Positions 41,063 to 49,687 of a stretch of DNA of 64,000 bases are shown piece after piece. The first letter of the stretch is position 1, and the number at the start of each line of letters is the position of its first letter. Source of the stretch: Aulosira sp. ZfuVER01 (lineage in GTDB: Bacteria; Cyanobacteriota; Cyanobacteriia; Cyanobacteriales; Nostocaceae); contig JAVRCV020000059.1 in assembly GCA_034530615.2 (NCBI GenBank), forward strand, positions 92,813-156,812. The letters run 5' to 3'. The notes beneath the pieces are model-generated. The model made no database searches, had not been told where the DNA came from, and saw only the letters and a list, made by a program, of their open reading frames with translations. Both the position numbers and the translations under genes were made by a program.

Positions 41063-42375
41063 TTTCTTCTCTCCTGCGTGTAGGTAACTCTACTAATAGA
41101 GTAGACAGCTTGCATGATACTTGATTTTCTCTTGAACTTGTTGCTGCTTTGTACCCAATCAGCTTTGTTACTCTATTTGCAGGGTAACGCTGCGGAGAGT
41201 GCGATCGCCACTACCCCAAAAAATTCCTTCAAAGTCAGTTGCACAGCATAGCTCTCTTTTCTCACTCTTGCTAGGGTAAAAACTGCTACTCTTATCCAGA
41301 TAAGTTTGCCCTATAAAGTTTCGTTAATAAATTTCTATTACTTTGGATGTATTAATCCTTACTCAGTTTTATTTACATTATTTGACTTTGATTGTTATCT
41401 TCCTAAAGTTACAAAAAAGAGATAATTATTTCTTTAGTAAGAGTTAACTAGCTGGCTAATAAACAGCAACTATATAACTTAGCCATTCTAGCTCTACTTA
41501 AAGCACTGTCGTGCTGACTTATGTGGCTTAAATATGACAGTTTTATAACTGGTTTAGTTGCGATAACAGCAACTAACAACTTCTGTATTTTGATGTATAG
41601 ATATATATCTCGTTATATGCAGTATTGCTGTTAACATAGCAGCCTAATGTATACCTGAATTTGTAAATAGATTTTTATAATAAAAAGTCAAAGCTAATGA
41701 CAAATAAGTAGTAAAGTAATTTAATGGGTTTAACAAGGTATAAACCTTAGCCAAAAAATCAAATAGCCTTTGGTCTTCAAGAAGAAATATCAATCTTATT
41801 TCTTAGTTTGAAGACTACAGACCTAGCGATCAAAATCCTGTGCCCAATATTACCCTCTGATCCATCAGAGAGCTAATAGTCCGCAGGTATATGTTTAGTT
41901 TATAGGTTTGGGACGATGTATGCATTTTTATTGTGAAATTTGCATACATTAATTTCATGTCCATCTTTTTCCATATAACGTGTTGATTAAAAAAACTTAC
42001 AAGCATCATCACTGTTAATAAAAAACATTGAACATTGAAATTTAATTTACTCAAAAATAATTAAATGTCAGCAAATTAATATTTATTTTTTTAAAGTTAC
42101 ACATTCTGATAAGATGCTTTAATAACCAAGTAATTTAAAGATTTTGTAAAGAGACTAGTATTAACTAGAGTTTTGTGAAAGGCTAGATAGCCTTAAGGTG
42201 TTTTAGACATCTCATGCTTTGAGTTATCTAAAAATTTGCAAATTATAGAAAAATGGAGTTTTTAGTAACGCCATGATTCCAATTTTGAGAAATTCAAACA
42301 TCAAAAAAATAAACTTTGTTTAATTAAAAAACTGTAAATTTCAGACAAACCTTTGTTGTTGCTTGATGCCTTCCA

Positions 42376-43302
42376 ATGACATCTACCTTCTCATGGTTGA
42401 GGCATAAGAGCCTCTTTTATACTTTTTTTTCTTTGGGTGTACTTGCGTATGCAAGTATCCCAGTTCTTGCTCAAGTATCTGTTATCAGAAATACTGCTGG
42501 TGCAGGTGCAAATAATCTGCCACGACGCAGCTCAAATGAGGTAAGATTAACTGCTTCTCAAGCTGCTTTAGAAATTATCAAAACAGGTGACAGAGCCGCC
42601 GCCGAGCCAGGTGATACAGTCATTTATCGCCTTGCTATTAGAAATACTGGGCAATCGCCTGCAAGGAATCTCATAGTTACAGATAGGCTGCCTTTAGGAT
42701 TGCGATTTATTTCCAGATCGCTAAAAGGTTCGATTGGAAATACATCAGTTTCTATAACTGCTAGCTCTAGTGCCAATCGGGCAGTGACAATTTCACTCAA
42801 TCCAGCTACAGAACTACAACCAAACCAAACCTTGAATGTAGCCTATGCGGTTGAGGTAACGCCAGACGCTGTTCGCGGAACTGGCAGAAACTTGGCGCAA
42901 GCCCAAGCAGGTACATTGACAAGTAATCAATCTAGTCATCAGTTACGGATTCGACCAGGGATTGTCTCTGATTGTGGCACCATCATCGGGCGAGTATTTG
43001 TTGATAAAAACTTTGACGGCGAACAGCAACCAAACGAACCTGGAGTGCCAAATGCCGTAGTTTACATGGATGATGGCAATCGCATCGTCACAGATGCCAA
43101 TGGACTATACTCCTTGGCAAATGTCATCTCAGGTTATCGGTCGGCAACGCTGGACTTGACTAGCTTACCAGGCTATGCACTGGCACCTAACAATTACTTC
43201 ATCGAAAGAAATAGCCAGTCACGGATGGTGAAATTAGCACCGAGTAGTCTGGTACGGATCAATTTTGGTGTGACACCTGCGTTTTCAGGGGGTAAGCGAT
43301 GA
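42376..43302 (+). CDS. Secreted DUF11 + SdrD-B-like adaptor protein with an N-terminal extra hairpin
   Basis: Signal peptide ending VLA|Q; IIKTGD...PGDTVIY...N.G...TDRLP.G...RNLA; C-terminal GRVFVDKNFDGEQ..EPGV..TDANGLYS. Confidence 0.85.
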   Translation: MTSTFSWLRHKSLFYTFFSLGVLAYASIPVLAQVSVIRNTAGAGANNLPRRSSNEVRLTASQAALEIIKTGDRAAAEPGDTVIYRLAIRNTGQSPARNLIVTDRLPLGLRFISRSLKGSIGNTSVSITASSSANRAVTISLNPATELQPNQTLNVAYAVEVTPDAVRGTGRNLAQAQAGTLTSNQSSHQLRIRPGIVSDCGTIIGRVFVDKNFDGEQQPNEPGVPNAVVYMDDGNRIVTDANGLYSLANVISGYRSATLDLTSLPGYALAPNNYFIERNSQSRMVKLAPSSLVRINFGVTPAFSGGKR

Positions 43303-46300
43303 AGATGAGAAAGCTAGGAGTGATTTATAGCAAAGATTGGGCGATGAATTCCGCAACAAGATGCAGCTTCCCATTGGGAGTGAGTATTCAAAAGCAGCAA
43401 TTATCCATTTTGCGCTTGGCTGTCCAAAGCAAGGGTAAAAAAGTGATATTACTTGCTTTTTTGGCATTCATAGCCCCTTCTTTTTTTGGGATGAAGGCAA
43501 CTGCAAGCAGCAACCAAACCTTGACCACAGAGACAGATAAAAATGATGCCCAAACTGTTGCGCAACCAGCATTAGGAGAAGAGCAAAAAGAGGGCGATCG
43601 CATAGTCGCTCAAACCTTGCCATCAGTCACCACACCTGCGACAACAGATCCCAGCTCGATATTTCCCCAAGATCCAGCAATCCAATTTCAGCAAAACCCT
43701 GCCTCTCCTGTTGCTCAACCACAAACAATTCCCATACAACCAGCAACACCAACGAGTCTGCCGCAGAGTGCCAACAGTAAGGTAAAAATTGAAATTACAC
43801 CCGTAGGCGATCCGCGTGTCCAAGCTGATGGACGCTCTACCATTAAGTTCCAAGGGCAAATTACCGACGAGCAAGGCCAATTGATCCCCGATGATTTAAT
43901 GGTGACTTTAACCACCAGTGCCGGGAAATTTGTCGGAGCAGATCAAGATAAAGACCAAGGCGGGTTTCAGGTACGTGCCATCGGTGGAGAATTTACGGCG
44001 ACTCTGCAATCAGATATCAAACCCCAACAAGTCAAGATTCGGGCAGCAGTAGAGAAAATCAAAACGCGATCTGCCGTAGGCAGCAGCGCTTCGCTATCGC
44101 CCCAACTCCAAACCGGAGATTCAGCATTTCCCCAACAAACAGATACTTCACTGCTGGATAGAGTTGGCGAAGCACCGATAGAAACCTACACCCAAGTAGA
44201 ATTCACTACCTATCTGCGTCCCTCACTGGCAACAGGGATAGTCAATTTACGCATTGGTCCTGGTGGAACCGATTATTGGGGCAGTTTCCGAGACTTTCTC
44301 AACCCCGACAAAACAGGGGGAACCCAAGTTGATTTGACCGCCGCAGTCTTCGCCACAGGTAAAGTTGGAGATTGGCTATTTACAGGCGCATTTAACAGCG
44401 AACGCCCCATTAACCAAGACTGCGAAGGCAGAAACCGCTTATTTGGGGGGATTCAGTTCTGCGAGCAGCAATATCCCGTCTACGGTGATAGTTCCACATT
44501 TACATCCACCACTCCCTCTATTGATAGTTTCTATGCTCGCTTCGAGCGCAGTTCCTCAACACCGGGAGCAGATCCAGACTATGTAATGTGGGGGGACTAC
44601 AACACCCAAGAATTTGCCAGAGCTTCCCAACTGTATACAGCAACCTCCCGTCAGTTGCACGGTTTTAAAGCTAACTACAACTTCGGCCCCTTACAGATAA
44701 CTGGGTTGTACGCCAACAATATTGAAGGCTTCCAACGAGATACTATCGTCCCCAACGGTCTGAGTGGTAATTATTTCCTCTCCAAACGGCTGTTAGTTCC
44801 CGGAAGTGAAACCGTTTATCTAGAAGCAGAAGAAATTAATCGCCCTGGTACGGTACTTCAGCGTCAACAGTTGTTTCGCGGCCCCGACTACGAAATTGAC
44901 TACGATCGCGGCACACTGCTATTTCGCCGTCCCATCCTAGCTACAGAACTCAATCCTTTTGGATCTACCTTAGTCAGACGGATTGTTGTTACCTACCAAA
45001 ACGAAGGCGGACAAGATTCCAGCCTTTACGGTGGACGACTGCAATACAACATTTCCCAAGATATAGATAACAAATCTTTTATTGGTGCAAGTTACCTGCA
45101 AGAAGACCAAGGTAGCCAGGATTTTCAACTTTATGGCACAGACTTTTTACTATCTTTTGGTAATGTCGGTAAGGTTGTTGGGGAATATGCTCGTTCTAAT
45201 GGCACCCTCGTCAATGGCCAAGATTTCAACGGTTCCGCTTACCGCTTAGAAGCTCTGGGCAAACTAGGCGATAGTTTATTAGGTCAAGCCTACTACCGAG
45301 CCGTAGAACCCAACTTTAGCAACAACTCCACCTTTAGCTTTACACCAGGACAAACACGCTACGGGGCATCAGTTCTCGCCAAAATAACTGACACCACCAG
45401 CTTTAACGTTGCTTACGACTTTGAAGAAAACTATGGGACTAGTGCTACTGGGATAAATAGCTTGCTGGGCTTTTTTGACTTATTCGATCCCCAACCCCAA
45501 GCACGTCCGGGAGAGACAGTCAACAACACCCTCAAAACCTTCCGCGCCGGGATATTGCAAAGAGTCGGGCCAGCGGATGTGAGTTTAGAGTATGTCAATC
45601 GTTCTCGTGAAGATAGGATTAGCGATCGCTTTAGTGGCAATGCCGATCAGTTAGTCTCTCGTCTCAAATACCCATTAACTGAATCTTTAACCTTCCAAGG
45701 GCAAAATGAACTGAATTTAGGTGATAGCGATCCCCTCTATCCCAACCGCACAACTTTAGGACTGGACTGGAAAGCCTATCCAGGAGTCACACTGCGATTA
45801 GCTCACCAATTCTACGATGACAGCAGCTTACTTCCGGGTAACTCCCTCACCACCCTAGACACGATCCTCGATCGCAAGTTGTCAGACGATACCAGTTTGA
45901 TTGGTCGCTATTCCGTCCTCTCAGCATTTAATGGAATCCAAGGACAAGGTGCTGTCGGACTGAATCATCGCTGGGCTGTTGCACCAGGATTACGGGTGAA
46001 CGTCGGTTACGAATACGTATTCAAAAACATCTTTAATGGCACAGCAGCGGGTTCGCAATTTGGTCAATATTACGCAGTTGGTCAAACAGCTTCCTCGTTA
46101 GGCCTCTTTTCTGGTTCCGTCTATAGTGTGGGACTAGAGTACACCGATAATCCCCAATTCCAAGCCAGCACCAGGTTTGAATATCGTGATGGCGATGAAG
46201 GTAACAATCTTGTAATTTCCGCCGCCGCCGCCGGGAAGCTTTCACCAGCTTTAACAGCATTAGTTCGCTATCAACAAGCAGGTGAAGCTAACGTATTTCT

Positions 46301-47096
46301 CCCCTCTACTGTGGGTGTAATTGCCGAAGGCATCAGATTTCAAGAACTAGGCGATACCTCCAACCTAAAACTCGGTTTAGCCTACCGCGATCCCAGTAGC
46401 GATAAATTCAACGCTTTACTCAAGTACGAGTGGCGGCAAAACTATGACTCAATTCCCGAAACTCAGTTAACAGGTAGCACAGCTACAGGACATATCTTTT
46501 CCGCAGAAGCCATTTTTGCCCCTGACTGGCGCTGGGAATTTTACGGTAAATACGCCCTGCGCAATGGCGTTACCTTCTTTGATGGCGATCGCTTCGATGC
46601 TGATGTCAACTTAGCTCAACTACGAGCAACTTACAGACTCGGTTATCGTACCGATTTGGCAGTGGAAGGACGCTGGATTGGACAAACCTCCAATAGCGCC
46701 ACCAACTACGACGAATTCGGCGTAGCTGTAGAGACTGGCTATTATTTAACCCCAGATTTACGAGTGGGTTTAGGCTACAGCTTTGGCAGCGTTGATGACC
46801 GAGATTTTACTGGCTACCGTTCCGAAGGTGGTGTTTATTTGAACGTCAGCTTGAAGCTGAACGAACTTTTAGGCGGCTTTGGATTACAAAAACCCGTACC
46901 CAAGCAGCAAGAGGAATCGGAAGTACAACCGACAGCCCAGGTACAGCCAACTACGTCTAAGAGTGAGCTGATTAATTCCCTCAAACAATCACAGCAACAA
47001 GCGATTCAGCCAGATACATCAAACAGTGAAATTTCTAAACTTCTGGCAAAAATCCGCATCAAAAAAGAACCACAGATGAACACCGATAAACACTGA
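43299..47096 (+). CDS. Very large predicted outer-membrane beta-barrel protein with N-terminal Ig-like domain
   Basis: ATGA overlap with the upstream stop. Signal-like segment, P/Q linker, ADGRS Ig-like domain, then many alternating amphipathic strands ending GVYLNVSLKL. Confidence 0.8.
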   Translation: MKMRKLGVIYSKDWAMNSATRCSFPLGVSIQKQQLSILRLAVQSKGKKVILLAFLAFIAPSFFGMKATASSNQTLTTETDKNDAQTVAQPALGEEQKEGDRIVAQTLPSVTTPATTDPSSIFPQDPAIQFQQNPASPVAQPQTIPIQPATPTSLPQSANSKVKIEITPVGDPRVQADGRSTIKFQGQITDEQGQLIPDDLMVTLTTSAGKFVGADQDKDQGGFQVRAIGGEFTATLQSDIKPQQVKIRAAVEKIKTRSAVGSSASLSPQLQTGDSAFPQQTDTSLLDRVGEAPIETYTQVEFTTYLRPSLATGIVNLRIGPGGTDYWGSFRDFLNPDKTGGTQVDLTAAVFATGKVGDWLFTGAFNSERPINQDCEGRNRLFGGIQFCEQQYPVYGDSSTFTSTTPSIDSFYARFERSSSTPGADPDYVMWGDYNTQEFARASQLYTATSRQLHGFKANYNFGPLQITGLYANNIEGFQRDTIVPNGLSGNYFLSKRLLVPGSETVYLEAEEINRPGTVLQRQQLFRGPDYEIDYDRGTLLFRRPILATELNPFGSTLVRRIVVTYQNEGGQDSSLYGGRLQYNISQDIDNKSFIGASYLQEDQGSQDFQLYGTDFLLSFGNVGKVVGEYARSNGTLVNGQDFNGSAYRLEALGKLGDSLLGQAYYRAVEPNFSNNSTFSFTPGQTRYGASVLAKITDTTSFNVAYDFEENYGTSATGINSLLGFFDLFDPQPQARPGETVNNTLKTFRAGILQRVGPADVSLEYVNRSREDRISDRFSGNADQLVSRLKYPLTESLTFQGQNELNLGDSDPLYPNRTTLGLDWKAYPGVTLRLAHQFYDDSSLLPGNSLTTLDTILDRKLSDDTSLIGRYSVLSAFNGIQGQGAVGLNHRWAVAPGLRVNVGYEYVFKNIFNGTAAGSQFGQYYAVGQTASSLGLFSGSVYSVGLEYTDNPQFQASTRFEYRDGDEGNNLVISAAAAGKLSPALTALVRYQQAGEANVFLPSTVGVIAEGIRFQELGDTSNLKLGLAYRDPSSDKFNALLKYEWRQNYDSIPETQLTGSTATGHIFSAEAIFAPDWRWEFYGKYALRNGVTFFDGDRFDADVNLAQLRATYRLGYRTDLAVEGRWIGQTSNSATNYDEFGVAVETGYYLTPDLRVGLGYSFGSVDDRDFTGYRSEGGVYLNVSLKLNELLGGFGLQKPVPKQQEESEVQPTAQVQPTTSKSELINSLKQSQQQAIQPDTSNSEISKLLAKIRIKKEPQMNTDKH

Positions 47097-47167
47097 TATT
47101 TATCTGTGATTCGATATCAGCCACAAGCAATCAAGCAGCAGCCCAGGTTCAAGGTGTATAGGAGTGA

Positions 47168-49543
47168 GTGATGTCCAGTTTGAAAGTCCGTTGGCTAAAA
47201 GATTTCCAATGGTGGAAACAAAAAGATTACAAACAAAAACAGACACAATCCAGCTTATTAAAGAACAACTTCTTGTGCGTTAGCCCCCAAACTCAAAAAA
47301 ATACCATCCCACCACTAACGCAAAATCTCTCTCAAAATCTTCCTTCTTCGCGCTCTTTGCGTACTTTGCGGTTCGTTTCTCCTGTGATCTTCTACCTCTT
47401 AACTTCCGAAGCCGCACTCAGCCAAATACCTACTCCATCACCACAAGTTCCTGTTCCTACTTCTTTACGAGTAGTAGTTAACAGCAACCAAGATGGTAAC
47501 GTTAAACCTGATAACCAGTTGACTTTGCGCGAAGCCATCCAACTGGTAAATGGTACGCTATCGGTTGCCCAACTTAGCAGTGTAGAAAAAGCGCAAGTCC
47601 AACCAGCGATCGGTGGCAGTTCGCGGATTGAGTTTAGTCTACCGACAAATGCAACCACAATTCTTCTACAATCACAACTGCCAGATCTTGCCAGCCCAGG
47701 ACTAATTATAGATGGCGCAACTCAACCGGGATATAACGCTTCAACTTCAGCCACAGCCGAAATTGCCATTCCGATTCCCGTAGTAGCGATCGCACCTGCA
47801 CCCGACAAAGAAATCTTTCGTGGTTTAACAGTCGTTGCTGATGGCGTGACAATTCGCGGTTTGAGCCTTTATGGATTCAACGCCAACGCCATTAAGCAGC
47901 AATTGGGAAATATTTTAATTTACGATGGTGTGCCCAAACCGGTAACTTTAACTACACCACCAGGGGATATTGTCATTGCCCACCGTCTACCACCTCCCAA
48001 TACCACCCAGCAGCAACCACCTAACAGCAACTTTCCCTTCTATAACAAGGATGTCCCGCCAAAAAATGTTGTGATTGAGAACAACTGGTTAGGGCTAACT
48101 ACTACTGAAACCGTGCCCGAAAAAACATCAGCTTTCGGGGTTTACGTATTTAACTCCCAAGGTGCAACAATTCGCCGCAACCGAATTTACTACCATGATG
48201 GCAGCGCCATTATTACCTCAGTGCGGGGGGAAAATACCTTAATTCAAGAAAATATTATTGTCGGTAATGGGATTGCTGGAATGCCAGATGCCTTGCGGAT
48301 CGAAGGTGTGGTAAGCAAATCCCAAATTACTAGTAACTTAATTTGTGCCAATGATGGCGCAGGGGTGTATTTATTCAAACCACAGGGTGATGTGCAAATC
48401 CGTAATAACCGCATCACTTACAATGGCAGACGTTTGCGACGGGCAGCAGTTTACTTGATGGGCAGCGATCATCAGGTGACAGGTAACGAAATTTCCTATC
48501 AAACTGGGCCTGGGGTCGTTGTGACAGCTTTTCCTGAAAGTAAACGCAACATTATTCAAAATAACTCTTTTGCGGCATTAGAAGGTTTGAGTATTGACCT
48601 GAATGCCCAACGAGATTTAGACGTAAGTAACTGGCAAAGGGGAGACGGGCCAAATCCCAAACGCAATTCTGGCAATCGCCGCCTCGATACAGGTAACGGT
48701 GCTATTAACGCCCCAGAATTTAAATCGCGGGAATTTTTGCCCAGTGGTAACAGTGTCACCTTAGAAGGTAAAGCCGATCCTGGTTCTGAGGTGACAATTT
48801 ATCGCTTAGGAGATTATCAACAAGGTAAGCAGGCACTCTATGAACCTGGTTATGGGGCACTTAGCCAACCATTAGCCAGCGCACCTGTAGATGCAAAGGG
48901 AAATTTTAGCATCACAGTTGCTAATGTGCAGGCGGGAGATATAGTCAGCGCGATCGCCACAGATCCCAAATACGGCACATCCGAACCTGCGATCGCTGCT
49001 TTTATTGGCCCGAGAGGTACGACACCCAGCCTACCACCCGCAAATAAACAAAACCCCATTCCTCAATGTACTTCCAGGCCTGCGCCACCCCAACCGCCAA
49101 CGCCACCAACTGTAATACCACCCACTCAATTAAAGATTAGGGCACCACGGAATATACACTTTGCCTTAGATAAATCCTTAATTAGTCCCGCAAGTGCGAT
49201 CGTTCTCGATCGCGTGGCGGAAGTCTTGCAGCAGAATCCCCTGATTGTCATTGAAATACAAGGACACACTGACCCTCGCGCCAGCGACGATTATAACTTG
49301 GCATTGGGTAGAAGAAGGGCTTTAGCTACGAGGAATTACTTATTACGCCAAGGTATTCCCGCCGAACGGATGACGATTCGCTCATTGGGTGAAAGCCAGA
49401 GAGTCAGTGAAGGTAGTAGCCGCTTAGATTACGCACGCGATCGCCGTGCCGAAATCATCTACAAAGATGTCAGAGGAATTGACATCATCATTGAAGGCCA
49501 AGAACAAGACTTGCAATTAGAACCAGATCGAGGCAGAAGGTAG
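47168..49543 (+). CDS. Right-handed beta-helix + Ig + Pro linker + OmpA-C peptidoglycan-binding protein (start uncertain)
   Basis: 'LTLREAI', repeated I.NN.I..N, NIHFALDKS, IQGHTD.RASDDYNLALG.RRA, RRAE. Confidence 0.85.
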   Translation: MMSSLKVRWLKDFQWWKQKDYKQKQTQSSLLKNNFLCVSPQTQKNTIPPLTQNLSQNLPSSRSLRTLRFVSPVIFYLLTSEAALSQIPTPSPQVPVPTSLRVVVNSNQDGNVKPDNQLTLREAIQLVNGTLSVAQLSSVEKAQVQPAIGGSSRIEFSLPTNATTILLQSQLPDLASPGLIIDGATQPGYNASTSATAEIAIPIPVVAIAPAPDKEIFRGLTVVADGVTIRGLSLYGFNANAIKQQLGNILIYDGVPKPVTLTTPPGDIVIAHRLPPPNTTQQQPPNSNFPFYNKDVPPKNVVIENNWLGLTTTETVPEKTSAFGVYVFNSQGATIRRNRIYYHDGSAIITSVRGENTLIQENIIVGNGIAGMPDALRIEGVVSKSQITSNLICANDGAGVYLFKPQGDVQIRNNRITYNGRRLRRAAVYLMGSDHQVTGNEISYQTGPGVVVTAFPESKRNIIQNNSFAALEGLSIDLNAQRDLDVSNWQRGDGPNPKRNSGNRRLDTGNGAINAPEFKSREFLPSGNSVTLEGKADPGSEVTIYRLGDYQQGKQALYEPGYGALSQPLASAPVDAKGNFSITVANVQAGDIVSAIATDPKYGTSEPAIAAFIGPRGTTPSLPPANKQNPIPQCTSRPAPPQPPTPPTVIPPTQLKIRAPRNIHFALDKSLISPASAIVLDRVAEVLQQNPLIVIEIQGHTDPRASDDYNLALGRRRALATRNYLLRQGIPAERMTIRSLGESQRVSEGSSRLDYARDRRAEIIYKDVRGIDIIIEGQEQDLQLEPDRGRR

Positions 49544-49687
49544 GAACTGAGTGGGGAAATCCAGTTTTTCCCCTTCTAAGTAGATTTTCTCCTGCAAATT
49601 TCTGCTCTGCGCCTCAACCAAAACACAAAATCTACAAAACCTACCTTTAAAAGTCAAAAATCTACCATCTTGTTTAGGAAGCCAGAA

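Noticed and set aside
43299..47096. TonB-dependent receptor annotation for the barrel
   Set aside because: No recognisable TonB box, plug motif or terminal Phe, and the context is adhesin-related.
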